Assembly (NCBI GenBank): GCA_963696295.1
Contig: CAVOJR010000001.1
Location: forward strand, 2,112,001 to 2,176,000
Source: an uncultured Chlamydiae bacterium
GTDB taxonomy: Bacteria; Chlamydiota; Chlamydiia; Chlamydiales; JAJFMB01
Direction of reading: 5' to 3'
DNA length: 64,000 nucleotides
The position numbers were made by a program, and so were the translations under genes. Below the pieces are notes generated by a model. It made no database searches, had not been told where the DNA came from, and saw nothing but the letters and a program-made list of their open reading frames with translations. Positions 19,285 to 29,756 of this stretch are shown here, in pieces (the first letter of the stretch is position 1; each line of letters opens with the position of its first letter).

Positions 19285-20388
19285 ATGGAGAATAAAATGT
19301 CAAGTGTAACCAATAATAATGTTCCTCATCCTCATGCCCAAGGTACTGTGGAGACAGGGAAAGTAGAATTCAAAACGGCAAGAGAGAAGTTTTTAGCCCA
19401 AGAAGCGGCTCATAAGGCAAAAATCGCTGCGGACACAGGCAAGCCAATTCCTCCCGCTAAGCACATCGCGACTCAGCCTCCAGTTAAATCTGCTTTCCTT
19501 GAAGACGCGGAAAGGGATTTCGCAGATACCCTGCCGACCCCGCCCGATCTTAGCAAAATGCCGCCTGTTCTGGATGCACCTCTGATGATGAATCTACCCC
19601 TACCTCCGCCGCCGCCGGCTGAATGGCTGCAAAAACCTGCGATTACGCCTGATCCTCTGTTGCAACCTTTGCGGGCCCCTCGTCAAGATCTTGAGAAAGC
19701 AAGCGATCAAAAGCAGGAAGCCCAGCCTCAAAAGCCTACAAAAATTGGCGGTGCATTGGCCTACTTAGGAACTTTAGCTCATACGGCGAAGGAAAGCGTG
19801 GCTGGTCTTGGAACCTACTTCAAGAAAAGCCCTGCCACAGAGACAGACTCGGTTCATACCGAAGATTCCGATTCTTCTCACTCTTCTTCTTCAGATTCTG
19901 AACATTCTGTAAAAGCAGCAGAAACAGCTCCTCAAGCCGCTCCTGCAAAAAATGGCGGGACAATGGCCTACATAGGAACTTTGGCGCATGGTCTTGGAGA
20001 CCTGTTCAAGAAAAGCCCTGCAAAAGAGACAGACTCGGCTCATTCCGATTCTTCTCACTCTTCTTCTTCAGATTCTGAACATTCTGTAAAAGAAGAGGCT
20101 AAAAAAGAAGAGACTAAAAAAGTAACAACCGCTTCTCAACCCCCAGCTGCAAAAACAATAGAGGCCGATTCCGTTCATTCGGAGGATTCAGATGATGATG
20201 ATGATGATTCAGATGTTGAAGAATCTAAAACAACGGTCCCACAAGCATCTGCATCTGCAACAGCACCTGCAGGGGCAAAAACCTCTGTCATTAACCAAGG
20301 TGTGGCTATGGTCAAAGGGCCCAATGATCAATTAATGGAAAAATTGAACCGCCGTAGAGGATTGAACGGCGAAGTTCAAGCAAAATAG
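19285..20388 (+). CDS. Low-complexity Pro/Ser/Asp-rich protein with internal duplication, candidate T3SS effector
   Basis: MSSVTNNN N-terminus, LPLPPPPP, duplicated GG..AY.GTLAH...FKKSPA.ETDS...SDSEHSVK module, acidic tract. Confidence 0.7.
   Translation: MENKMSSVTNNNVPHPHAQGTVETGKVEFKTAREKFLAQEAAHKAKIAADTGKPIPPAKHIATQPPVKSAFLEDAERDFADTLPTPPDLSKMPPVLDAPLMMNLPLPPPPPAEWLQKPAITPDPLLQPLRAPRQDLEKASDQKQEAQPQKPTKIGGALAYLGTLAHTAKESVAGLGTYFKKSPATETDSVHTEDSDSSHSSSSDSEHSVKAAETAPQAAPAKNGGTMAYIGTLAHGLGDLFKKSPAKETDSAHSDSSHSSSSDSEHSVKEEAKKEETKKVTTASQPPAAKTIEADSVHSEDSDDDDDDSDVEESKTTVPQASASATAPAGAKTSVINQGVAMVKGPNDQLMEKLNRRRGLNGEVQAK
19747..20092 (+). repeat. Intragenic direct duplication (two copies)
   Basis: Copies at about 19747-19915 and 19954-20092; 51 nt are identical at 19865-19915 and 20042-20092. 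Confidence 0.85.
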
Positions 20389-20414
20389 TTTTAAAAATTA
20401 CCATCTTTTCCTCG

Positions 20415-20449
20415 GCCGGCCATTCTCAAAAAATGGCCGGCTTTTTTTT
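20415..20449 (+). terminator. Rho-independent terminator
   Basis: GCCGGCCATT-N7-AATGGCCGGC followed by T8. Confidence 0.9.
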
Positions 20450-20470
20450 AAAAACATGGAGCCATAAAAA

Positions 20471-20911
20471 ATGATACAAAGTAATACACATATCCCTCCC
20501 CACCCAGAGACGGTTGGAGATCTTATGAAGACGATTAAGGACTTCTCCAAAGAAAATCGCTTCATGGTGGAAGAGGGGTGGGAAGCGGAACTGCTAAATA
20601 TGGTGAATCCGCCAAAAGGGTGGTTTACGGCAAAACCCGTTACAGCCCCAGCTGTGGAATCTTCTGAGGAGTGGGCATCTGAAGAAAACCCTCCGCCGCG
20701 GTTTCTGCCGCCTAATTGGCCGGGAACGACGCTCTATCCGCTGACGGCTGAGAGAGAACCCAAAAAATCCCGCTTCGGGCAATGGGTAAAGACCGTTCAG
20801 AGTTTAGGATCTTATTTCAAAAGAACAGAGGCTCTGCCGGCAAAGGAGGGGCATTCCCCCGATCCTGAGCTGATAGCGGAATTAAAACGCCTGAGACGCC
20901 ACTGCAGATAG
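20471..20911 (+). CDS. Pro-rich hypothetical protein, paralog-like to upstream ORFs
   Basis: MIQSNTHIPPHP start, LGSYFKR (compare LGTYFKK upstream), C-terminal LIAELKRLRR. Confidence 0.6.
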   Translation: MIQSNTHIPPHPETVGDLMKTIKDFSKENRFMVEEGWEAELLNMVNPPKGWFTAKPVTAPAVESSEEWASEENPPPRFLPPNWPGTTLYPLTAEREPKKSRFGQWVKTVQSLGSYFKRTEALPAKEGHSPDPELIAELKRLRRHCR

Positions 20912-21565
20912 AATCTCTTCCTTTAATGCGGCGAGCGGCTCCTTTTTCGGCACTGTCCATTCCTTGGCTATCTTTCCCTCGGAGAGGAGAAAGATCCTGT
21001 CGGCCAGGGTCATGGCGTCGTGAAAGTCGTGCGTCACCATCAGCATGGTCGTGCGCCTCTTCCGGTTTATCTCTTTTAGCAGCTCATACATCCGCTCTCT
21101 CAAGACAAAATCGAGCGAATTGAACGGCTCGTCCAAGAGCAAAAGGGGCCTTTTCATGAGCAGCGTCTGGGCCAGGGCGACCCGCTGGCGCATCCCGACC
21201 GAAAGTTGAGCGGGGTAAAGGGGCTCGCAGCCGGATAACCCCATATCCCTCAACAGCTCTTCGATTTCAGAAGGAGGGATGACCTTCCCGAGGCCAAGCT
21301 CGGCTAGCAAGAGGAGATTGCCCATCACCGTTCTCCAGGGCAAGAGGAGATTTTCCTGGGTCATATAGGCGCACTCATCGCTTTTGAAAAGCGTCCCTTT
21401 TTGCAGCGGGAGGAGGCCGGCGATGATTTTGAGCAGCGTCGACTTTCCCGATCCGGAAACCCCGATCAGGGCGCCGATTTCACCGGACTCAAGTCTTAAG
21501 CTGAGTTCTTTTAAAACCTGGTGGTCGTCATAGGAGTAACTGAGATTTTGAATCTCCAGGGACAT
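20882..21565 (-). CDS. ABC transporter ATP-binding protein (SsuB/TauB/ThiZ-like)
   Basis: Walker A GVSGSGKST, LLPWRTV, signature LSVGMRQR, LLLDEPF, VTHD. Confidence 0.9.
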   Translation of the reverse strand: MSLEIQNLSYSYDDHQVLKELSLRLESGEIGALIGVSGSGKSTLLKIIAGLLPLQKGTLFKSDECAYMTQENLLLPWRTVMGNLLLLAELGLGKVIPPSEIEELLRDMGLSGCEPLYPAQLSVGMRQRVALAQTLLMKRPLLLLDEPFNSLDFVLRERMYELLKEINRKRRTTMLMVTHDFHDAMTLADRIFLLSEGKIAKEWTVPKKEPLAALKEEILSAVASQAF

Positions 21566-21649
21566 AAATTATGCTTGTTTCTCTTTGTTGGCATCAGTTA
21601 TAACGGAAGTGCTGCTTTTTTTTAAGCTTATTCTCTAGGAGATGGGAAA

Positions 21650-22603
21650 ATGCGCCGTTTTGTTTTGGGTTTCCTTCTGCTTTTTGTGAACTTTGCGCTG
21701 GGCGAAGACGAACTCTTCGAAAAACCGCGCATCGTCAAGCTTTTGCCGGGTTTGATCACCCCTTTAGCCGTGAAACCGGCCATCCCGGACGATTTCGAAG
21801 CTGTCTCTCCCACACCCGTTCCCGATATCACCAGTACCCTTTTTTGGGGCAATCGCGGAGTGGTGCTTGGTTTTTTACAGAATAAGAGCTCTCTTCGGGA
21901 GCCGATCATCGGCGTGCAGCTCAGCATGAATCTGCAGCATAAAGCGGGAACCAAAGTCTTTACCGGGGAAAAAGAGATCCTGAAAGAGATGAAATCCCGC
22001 AATTACAAGGTGATCAAATCGCGGAAAATGAACTGGTCGACCTATCCGGTCTGGGTTTTGCAAATCCAAACCCCGAAAAATAAAACTTTACACCTCGCCT
22101 GGGTGGGTTTGAACGCCCCGCACGGTTCCGTCCTCATGTTTCAGCTGATCTATCCCGAGAGCTGGGACCAGAAAAAGGCGCAAAACATCGATCTTTGGGA
22201 AACCTTCTTGAGCAAAACAGACATTTTGAATGATCAACAATATTTTGAAGCGAATGGGATGTCTTTGAACAAAGGGTCGACTTTGGTCGATGATGAAGGG
22301 GCTAAAATGCAGGTCACGGCCGAGCGGCGCAATTCCGATCACAAGCTGCTGGTCATCGTCAAACCCATGGATCGCTACACCGAGTTCGACTTGAATGAGA
22401 TCAAGGTGGGTAAAATCGGCGGCCAATGGTTCCGGGGGCAGCTGATAGCGAAAGTGGAAGGGCAAGTCACCCGAATCATCAACGGCAAGCGCAGCGTCAA
22501 TTCCAACCACACCACGCCGGTGCTGATTAAAGATGTCGATAATTATTCGGTCAATTTGAAAGAGATCGATTTAAATCCAAGAATAAAGGTTTATTTCCAA
22601 TAA
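21650..22603 (+). CDS. Hypothetical exported protein
   Basis: Signal peptide MRRFVLGFLLLFVNFALG. Confidence 0.7.
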   Translation: MRRFVLGFLLLFVNFALGEDELFEKPRIVKLLPGLITPLAVKPAIPDDFEAVSPTPVPDITSTLFWGNRGVVLGFLQNKSSLREPIIGVQLSMNLQHKAGTKVFTGEKEILKEMKSRNYKVIKSRKMNWSTYPVWVLQIQTPKNKTLHLAWVGLNAPHGSVLMFQLIYPESWDQKKAQNIDLWETFLSKTDILNDQQYFEANGMSLNKGSTLVDDEGAKMQVTAERRNSDHKLLVIVKPMDRYTEFDLNEIKVGKIGGQWFRGQLIAKVEGQVTRIINGKRSVNSNHTTPVLIKDVDNYSVNLKEIDLNPRIKVYFQ

Positions 22604-22604
22604 G

Positions 22605-23765
22605 ATGAACATTGCGGCCATACAAAAAGACCTGTCGCAGCTTGGCTTTGACGGGTGGCTGATATTTGATTTTCGCCGCTCGAACGATCTCGGTTGTCAT
22701 TTTCTGAAAATTCCCGAAGATGCCTTGCTGACAAGGCGGTTTTTTTACTGGATTCCGGTTAAAGGGGAACCGGTCAAAATCGTGCACACCATTGAAAATC
22801 ACGTTCTGGATCATTTGCCGGGCAAAACAGTGGAATACCGGACCTGGGAAGAGCTGGAAGGGGGGTTGCAGAAGGTTTTGACAAGGGTCGCGAGGGTCGC
22901 CATGGAATACTCTCCGATGGGCTGCCTGCCCTATCTTTCCAAAGTGGATGGCGGCACGCTCGATCTGGTGCGCAAGCTGGGGGTTCAAGTGGCGAGCTCG
23001 GCCGATTTGTTAAAAGAAAGCTTAAGCGATGAGCAAATTGAGGGCCACCTCTTTGCCGCATCCGTCGTGGACGAGGTAGTGGAGCTGGCCTGGCAAAGAA
23101 TTGTCAGGGATCTCGGACAGATCACCGAATATGGCGTGCAGCAATTCATCCTGGCGGAGTTTGCGAAAAGAGGGTGCGTTGCCGACGATGCGCCGATCTG
23201 CGCGGTCAATGCCAATAGCGCAAATCCCCATTACAGCCCGGCCAAATCTGGCGAGGTGAGAATCGCCCCCGGCGATTTTATTATGATAGATCTCTCCTGC
23301 AAAAAAAAGGAGCCGGGTTCTATTTACGCCGATATCACCCGGGTAGGTGTGGCTGGCAAAAGCGCCAGCGCCAAGCAAAACCTGGTATTCCAGGTGGTCA
23401 GGCAAGCTCAGGAAGCCGGCCTGCAGCTGATAATGAGCCGCTTTGCGAGGGATGAGCCATTAATGGGCTGGGAAGTGGACCAGGCGTGCCGGAAAGTGAT
23501 TGAAGAGGCGGGCTATGGGCGTTTCTTCACCCACCGGACAGGACATAACCTGGGGCAGCATATCCATGGCAACGGCACTCATATGGATAATTTCGAAACC
23601 AAAGATATAAGAAAAATATTGAAACGAACCTGCTTTACGATAGAGCCCGGCATCTATTTGCCGGGGGAATTCGGGGTGCGCCTGGAATATGATGTCCTTA
23701 TTCACGCTGACGGCAGAGCGGAAGTGACCGGCGGCAGGCAAAACGAAATAAAAAAGTTGTTTTAA
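22605..23765 (+). CDS. M24 Xaa-Pro aminopeptidase family
   Basis: PHY, ID, YADITR, HRTGH, FTIEPGIY and GVRLE metal ligands. Confidence 0.9.
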   Translation: MNIAAIQKDLSQLGFDGWLIFDFRRSNDLGCHFLKIPEDALLTRRFFYWIPVKGEPVKIVHTIENHVLDHLPGKTVEYRTWEELEGGLQKVLTRVARVAMEYSPMGCLPYLSKVDGGTLDLVRKLGVQVASSADLLKESLSDEQIEGHLFAASVVDEVVELAWQRIVRDLGQITEYGVQQFILAEFAKRGCVADDAPICAVNANSANPHYSPAKSGEVRIAPGDFIMIDLSCKKKEPGSIYADITRVGVAGKSASAKQNLVFQVVRQAQEAGLQLIMSRFARDEPLMGWEVDQACRKVIEEAGYGRFFTHRTGHNLGQHIHGNGTHMDNFETKDIRKILKRTCFTIEPGIYLPGEFGVRLEYDVLIHADGRAEVTGGRQNEIKKLF

Positions 23766-25012
23766 TGGATGATTCTCCAGAGTATTTACGCACCTTTTCG
23801 GCGATGTTTTTGGTGGCCGGCACTTGCATCGGAGGCGGCATGCTCGCTTTGCCCCTGGTTACAGGCGTCAGCGGCTTTTTTCCCTCCCTTTGTGTGATGC
23901 TCCTCTGCGGCATAGCCATGACTGTTTCCGCTTTGCTGCTCCTCGAGGTGACTCTTTGGATGGAAGAGGGGGTGCATGTGATCACCATGACGGAGCGAAT
24001 TTTGGGGTGGCCGGGCAAGGTCGTCAGCTGGATCCTGTTCCTTTTTATCAGTTACGCCTCCATTGTGGCGTATACGGCGGGGGGCGGCGTGCAGATCGGA
24101 GATTTTTTCCTGATCCCCAAAGAGTTGGGCAGCCTCATTTTCCTTCTGCTCTTCGGCGGCATCGTGATTTTGGGTAATATTATTATCGGACGTGTGAACA
24201 GCATTTTTTTTCTGATGATGATCGCCGCCTATATCGCCCTCGCTTTAACCGGTTTCACAGAGGTTAAGCCGGAAAATTTATTACACAATCAGTGGTCGAG
24301 CTCCTTGATTTCCCTCCCCATTTTATTGACCGCTTTTAGCTTTCAAACAATGGTTCCCTCCCTCACGCCCTACCTCAAAAAGCACAAAACAGCGCTCCGC
24401 TGGGCTATTGTCGGCGGGACGGTCGTCACCTTCCTGGTGTATGCCATCTGGCAAATGATTATTTTAGGCATCATCCCCGCCCAAGGGGAAAACAGCCTCT
24501 CATCCGCCCTCAACTGCAGCGTACCCCCTACCCAATTTTTGCGGGAGCATGTCGAGGTGATATGGATCTCTTATGTGGCCGAGTTTTTCGCCTTTTTTGC
24601 GATCGTCACCTCGTTTTTCGGCATGACCATGGGCCTGCACGATTTTCTCTCCGATGGACTAAAAATTGAGGGGAAAGGGAAAAGCCAGCTGATTTTATCC
24701 CTGTTGATTTTGGTGCCGACTTATATTTTCGCCACCCAGTTTGAGCGGGTCTTTTTGATTGCGATGGACCTGACGGGAGGGATCGGCGACACCATCCAGA
24801 ACGGGATGATTCCCGTCCTGCTGGTCTGGATCGGCCATTATAAGATGAAATACCCGAATTCCAAACCCGTCTTTGGGGGCAAAATCTTATTGGCCGCCGC
24901 CTTTGCCTTTTTTTTCTTCAGTTTTATCTGCGAGCTGCTGATGCAGTCAGGCTGCCTCTTTTCCCACTACGATCTGGTGCTGATTCCAAACGCCCAGGAA
25001 GTCGTAGAGTGA
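23765..25012 (+). CDS. tyrP: Aromatic amino acid (Tyr/Trp) permease, HAAAP family
   Basis: LVAGTCIGGGMLALP, AFSFQTMVPSL, AIVTSFFG, about 11 TM segments. Confidence 0.85.
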   Translation: MDDSPEYLRTFSAMFLVAGTCIGGGMLALPLVTGVSGFFPSLCVMLLCGIAMTVSALLLLEVTLWMEEGVHVITMTERILGWPGKVVSWILFLFISYASIVAYTAGGGVQIGDFFLIPKELGSLIFLLLFGGIVILGNIIIGRVNSIFFLMMIAAYIALALTGFTEVKPENLLHNQWSSSLISLPILLTAFSFQTMVPSLTPYLKKHKTALRWAIVGGTVVTFLVYAIWQMIILGIIPAQGENSLSSALNCSVPPTQFLREHVEVIWISYVAEFFAFFAIVTSFFGMTMGLHDFLSDGLKIEGKGKSQLILSLLILVPTYIFATQFERVFLIAMDLTGGIGDTIQNGMIPVLLVWIGHYKMKYPNSKPVFGGKILLAAAFAFFFFSFICELLMQSGCLFSHYDLVLIPNAQEVVE

Positions 25013-25196
25013 ATAATGTTCATAATCTTGAACGGTATCCGCGTTTATTCATCATGCGCTGAGCTAAAATCAGGGGGCGTTATTTATAGCTTTGCCAAAA
25101 ACCAAATTTTGAAATTCGGACTGCCTTGTTCTGATCTGTTAAAAAAAATTTAATTTATTTATAAAATCTTAATAATTATATTGTAACATTTGTTGT

Positions 25197-26600
25197 ATGA
25201 ATATAATAATCAAGAGTATTACTGAAAATAGTTGCTTCAGGGCAGTTGCTGAAACTCATGTTGTCAGATTTCTTTCTCACGGGATTTCGGTGATGGCTAA
25301 ATCCACGTGGAATCTTGCTGGTAAGGTTGTGAGTTGGGTTTTGCGCTGTTTTGGCACTACTGATAAAGTCGATAAGGCCGCTTCAAAAACGTTTCAGAAA
25401 GTGGAAAGGGAGGCTGCGAACCCGGCTCTGCTTCAATCAGTGAATGTTATCGATTTAACAAATCCCGATTTTACAGTGCTCTTGGACCAAGCCCAGAAAG
25501 CTGCTCTGCAAATCCCTTCCCTGGCGGCCAATTTGCCATCGAGCGAGAAACTATGCGATATGCTTAGCGAAATTGTCAGAAAGTTTGATGGAATGAACCG
25601 CGAAGCTTTATTAAACAAGTATTATACACCCTATGCATTTGATGTGGAGGATCTTAGAAATCTTTGTGTTGAGCGGTTTCCCGGTATGGATATTTGGTCG
25701 ACCGGCTGTAATGGCATTAATCAGCAGTATTTGACTGAAGAGGACATCGTAAAAAAACTGAGCAAACCGGGTATCTTAGAGGCTATATTGGCCATTCAAG
25801 CCTGTTCAGATTTTGAGAAAATTCAAGTAAATAACAGTTATAAGTTAACACTTTACTCCATGCTGTATTATGGTTTGAAAGCTAACAGTACGATGTCTTT
25901 AGGGTTGTTGCCAATCGCCTCTAAAAAGCTGCAGAGCCTGTCCAGCGACAAATCGATGTATCGAAACACCTGCCTGACAGAATATCTGAGAAAAAAAAAT
26001 CCTGAAAATTGTACTATACATTTTTTAAAACGAATCCTTGATGTTCATCGAGCAGAGGTTTCACCCGCAAATTCTGCAACTGATAGCCTGACGGGTTATT
26101 CCCTCAGCTCCTGGAAAAAATACCAAGAAGAGCTATTGTATCCGATCTTGGATAAAATTGAGAAAGCTCCAAATAAAGCTGCTTTGCTAAGCAACGCGGG
26201 TAATTTTAGTTCCGAATGGATGAGGGGGGAAGCAAGAGGTCTTCTTTATACCTTTTGTGAATATGCCGGACTTGAATATGAAACGCATGACAATGGGGTT
26301 TCCACTATCACATATTCCTATAAAAAAATAAAATTTAACGATTTCGTCAAACGCTTTTCGGAGTCTTATGAAGTGCTTTATCCTAGAGTTTCTCATTTGT
26401 ATGATCGTTTGCACTTACTAGCTTCCCTCATGGATGAAGAGCCTGCCATGCATTTTCAGGACGGGGATTATTCCATGAAGCAATTTCATCTCGCAGTTAT
26501 CCAAACATTTATTGATAACCCATCCCAGCAGAATGCCATTGCAGCAGAGCAAATCTACCTCAGGCTGAATGCGATATTGCTTGGATTCAAAAACGCTTGA
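25197..26600 (+). CDS. Hypothetical protein (candidate secreted effector)
   Basis: 467-aa ORF flanked by AT-rich intergenic DNA; no motif recognised. Confidence 0.6.
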   Translation: MNIIIKSITENSCFRAVAETHVVRFLSHGISVMAKSTWNLAGKVVSWVLRCFGTTDKVDKAASKTFQKVEREAANPALLQSVNVIDLTNPDFTVLLDQAQKAALQIPSLAANLPSSEKLCDMLSEIVRKFDGMNREALLNKYYTPYAFDVEDLRNLCVERFPGMDIWSTGCNGINQQYLTEEDIVKKLSKPGILEAILAIQACSDFEKIQVNNSYKLTLYSMLYYGLKANSTMSLGLLPIASKKLQSLSSDKSMYRNTCLTEYLRKKNPENCTIHFLKRILDVHRAEVSPANSATDSLTGYSLSSWKKYQEELLYPILDKIEKAPNKAALLSNAGNFSSEWMRGEARGLLYTFCEYAGLEYETHDNGVSTITYSYKKIKFNDFVKRFSESYEVLYPRVSHLYDRLHLLASLMDEEPAMHFQDGDYSMKQFHLAVIQTFIDNPSQQNAIAAEQIYLRLNAILLGFKNA

Positions 26601-26608
26601 TATCTAAC

Positions 26609-27046
26609 TCAACTTTTGGAATGAAGCAAATGCTTCAAAGCATCCTGCTTCATGCGCAAATGCATGCTGTAAAGGCCGTTGGCCCGATTGGGCGTTAACG
26701 AAGCGCTGATGCCCAATTCCTCAAGGAAATCAGGCGGGCATTTCAGGATTGTTTCAGGGGTTTCGCCGCTATACACTTTGATCAGCAGCGCGGCCAGGCC
26801 GGCCGATATCAGCGCGTCGGATGAGGCAGAAAAAAAAATGAGTCCCTCTTTTAACTCGCTGAAAAGATAAGTCATGCTCTGGCAGCCCAAGACCCGGTTC
26901 TCAGGCACCCGTTTCTCCAGGGCAAGAGCGTGGAGTTCTCTTCCCAAATGAATAATTTTATGGTAGCGGTCTTCTTTAGTGAGGCAGCCGGCGAAAATGG
27001 CCGCCACTTCCTGTTGCTTTTTTATACATGATTCATACATAAGCAT
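26609..27046 (-). CDS. sufE: SufE family Fe-S sulfur acceptor
   Basis: RY..II.LG, VLGCQS, SDALISAGL, LTPNRANG. Confidence 0.9.
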   Translation of the reverse strand: MLMYESCIKKQQEVAAIFAGCLTKEDRYHKIIHLGRELHALALEKRVPENRVLGCQSMTYLFSELKEGLIFFSASSDALISAGLAALLIKVYSGETPETILKCPPDFLEELGISASLTPNRANGLYSMHLRMKQDALKHLLHSKS

Positions 27047-27074
27047 ATATTATATCAATTGATTATTTTCTGAA

Positions 27075-27848
27075 ATGGAAATGCTTGGCGCCAGTTTTAT
27101 TTTGGTGATGGCCTTAATGCTTTTTTTGTGGGTCATCTATACTTTCCGCCGCAATGGAGGCATCGTCGATATCGGTTGGGCTCTCGGCTTTATCCTCACT
27201 GTCTGGAGTTTCGCGGCTCTGGGAGATGGGGAGATTCTAAGGAGAATGTTCATAGCTCTTCTGGTCACCCTTTGGGCCGGGCGCCTGGCCTATCACTTGA
27301 CTTGCCGCTATCTCAAATCGCCGGAAGACCCCCGCTACAGGCAAATCAGAGAGAATTGGGGCGGCGACAGGAAAAATATTAAATTTTTAATTATGTTCAT
27401 ATTGCAAGGGATGTTAGTGATCGTTCTCTCGACCCCTTTTATGCTCATCTGCCTGAGCAAGCATCCCTTTTCCTGGTGGGAAGGGTTCGGCGCAGCGGTC
27501 TGGCTGACCGGAGTGGCGGGAGAGGGTGTCGCTGACTGGCAGTTGAAACAGTTTAAGCTGCAGAATAGGGGGAAAGTTTGCCGGACCGGCTTTTGGAAAT
27601 ATTCCAGACACCCAAACTATTTCTTTGAATGGGTCGTTTGGATTGGTTATTTTTTGATCGCCCTGCCAGCTCCCGGCGGTCCGCTGGCGATAATTTCCCC
27701 ATTGTTAATGCTCTATTTCCTGCTGAAAGTTTCAGGAATTCCCCCCAGTGAAGCCCAATCTTTGAAAACAAAAGGGGAGGCTTATCGCGAATATCAGCGG
27801 ACAACGAGCCCGTTTCTCCCCTGGATTCCCGGAAAAACGCATTTCTGA
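27075..27848 (+). CDS. DUF1295 / steroid 5-alpha-reductase-like membrane protein
   Basis: VDIGW, EDPRY, ADWQL..F, YSRHPNYFFE, Y..YQRTTS.F.PW. Confidence 0.88.
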   Translation: MEMLGASFILVMALMLFLWVIYTFRRNGGIVDIGWALGFILTVWSFAALGDGEILRRMFIALLVTLWAGRLAYHLTCRYLKSPEDPRYRQIRENWGGDRKNIKFLIMFILQGMLVIVLSTPFMLICLSKHPFSWWEGFGAAVWLTGVAGEGVADWQLKQFKLQNRGKVCRTGFWKYSRHPNYFFEWVVWIGYFLIALPAPGGPLAIISPLLMLYFLLKVSGIPPSEAQSLKTKGEAYREYQRTTSPFLPWIPGKTHF

Positions 27849-27858
27849 AAACCATTCC

Positions 27859-27887
27859 TTGACAATTTTGCGCTAATGTTATTTAAT
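27859..27887 (+). promoter_or_regulatory. Sigma66/70-type promoter for infA
   Basis: TTGACA-N17-TTTAAT. Confidence 0.6.
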
Positions 27888-27924
27888 ATCACTGTTAAAG
27901 TATATATTTTTAAACAGCTCGGAT

Positions 27925-28143
27925 ATGGCAAAAGAAGACACGATCAAAATAGATGGGACGGTGGAAGAATTGTTACCGAATATGACTTTCAGGGTGTCAT
28001 TGCAAAATGGTCTAAAAGTCATTGCACATTTGTGCGGAAAAATGCGAATGAAAAATATTCGCGTACTCGTTGGTGATGTCGTAACGGTGGAAATGTCCCC
28101 TTATGACCTCTCAAAAGCGCGCATAATTTTCCGTCAAAGATAA
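27925..28143 (+). CDS. infA: Translation initiation factor IF-1
   Basis: [16 protein letters not shown]...AHLCGKMR...VEMSPYDL. Confidence 0.97.
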   Translation: MAKEDTIKIDGTVEELLPNMTFRVSLQNGLKVIAHLCGKMRMKNIRVLVGDVVTVEMSPYDLSKARIIFRQR

Positions 28144-28180
28144 AAATGAAAAGTTTGGTGATGAAAATTTAGGAATAGTG

Positions 28181-28209
28181 TTGATTTTTTTTGGATGACA
28201 CTATATACT
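28181..28209 (+). promoter_or_regulatory. Sigma66/70-type promoter for tRNA-Thr/tuf
   Basis: TTGATT-N17-TATACT. Confidence 0.6.
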
Positions 28210-28252
28210 TACAAGCTTTCAAGCCGCATTGGGTTGTATTTATTTACAATTT

Positions 28253-28324
28253 GCCCAGATAGCTCAGTGGTAGAGCACTTGCATGGTAAGCAAGAGGTCG
28301 TAGGTTCAATTCCTATTCTGGGCA
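28253..28324 (+). tRNA. tRNA-Thr(GGT)
   Basis: GCCCAGA acceptor stem, CTTGC-ATGGTAA-GCAAG anticodon arm, GGTTCAATTCC T-arm. Confidence 0.95.
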
Positions 28325-28380
28325 GAAAACTGTAGAATTAACAAAAATTATAATTTACTGGAGCTAACGGAGGAAGTAAA

Positions 28381-29567
28381 ATGGCAAAAGAAACATTTCA
28401 GCGGAAGAAGCCGCACGTCAACATTGGTACCATTGGCCACGTTGACCATGGTAAAACAACATTAACAGCTGCAATTACAAAAGTGCTGTCAGCAAGCAGG
28501 GGGAGCTAAATTCAGGGATTATGCTTCTATCGATAATACCCCAGAAGAAAAAGCGCGCGGAATTACGATCAACTCAACGCACGTTGAATATGAAACAGAA
28601 ACCGCCACTATGCACACGTTGACTGCCCAGGCCACGCCGACTATGTCAAAAACATGATTACAGGTGCTGCTCAGATGGACGGCGCAATTCTCGTCGTTGC
28701 TGCAACAGATGGTGCGATGCCTCAAACACGCGAACACATCCTGCTCGCTCGCCAAATGCAGGTTCCTGCTATCGTCGTATTCCTCAACAAAGTGGATATG
28801 CTCGGCGAAAGCGATGCAAGAACTGCTCGATCTCGTCGAAATGGAACTGCATGAACTGCTCGAATCAAAAGGCTATCAAAGATGCGCCGATCATCCGCGG
28901 TTCTGCTCTGAAAGCTCTCGAAGGCGATCCAAAGTATGTCGAGAGCATTAAACAATTGATGAAAACTGTGGATGAAAAAATCCCAACTCCAGCACGTGAA
29001 GTCGACAAGCCATTCCTAATGCCGATTGAAGACGTGTTCTCCATCTCCGGTCGCGGAACAGTAGCTACAGGCCGTGTTGAGCGTGGTATCGTTAAAATCA
29101 ACGATAAACTGCAACTCGTTGGTCTTCGGCGATACACGCGAAACAGTTGCGACAGGTCTTGAAATGTTCAACAAAATCTCGATGAAGCTCGTGCTGGTGA
29201 AAACGTCGGTATCCTCCTCCGTGGTATTGAAAAGAATGATATCGAGCGCGGAATGGTGCTTGCAGCTCCAGGTACATGCACACCGCATACCAAGTTCAAA
29301 GGCCCTGTTTACGTCTTGACAAAAGAAGAAGGGGGCCGTCATAAGCCATTCTTCACTGGCTACCGTCCACAGTTCTATTTCCGAACAACAGACGTAACCG
29401 GAACAGTTGAACTTCCAGCAGGCGTAGAGATGGTGATGCCAGGCGATAACGTTGAAATCACTGGTAGAATTGATCTGCCCTATTGCTATGGAAGAAGGGA
29501 TGCGATTTGCGATCCGCGAAGGGGACGAACGATTGGTGCAGGAACTGTATCTGAAATCATCAAGTAG
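28381..29567 (+). CDS. tuf: Elongation factor Tu (split by several frameshifts, probable sequence errors)
   Basis: [50 protein letters not shown] and [18 protein letters not shown] occur in different frames. Confidence 0.95.
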
Positions 29568-29629
29568 TCTGTTAGTAAGATTAGGAGGCTAATAGGGCTA
29601 TAGCTCTGTTCACTCCTGATGGTTTGTAT

Positions 29630-29702
29630 GGGTGTGTAGCTCAGCTGGTAGAGCAGCGGTCTCCAAAGCCGCCGGTCGGGGGTTCGAATCCCTCCGCACT
29701 CG
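29630..29702 (+). tRNA. tRNA-Trp(CCA)
   Basis: GCGGT-CTCCAAA-GCCGC anticodon arm, GGTTCGAATCC T-arm, located before secE. Confidence 0.95.
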
Positions 29703-29756
29703 TTGATGGGTTTTAATGGACTGTATAAAAAGTTGCTCCAGTAAAAGGTGGGAATC

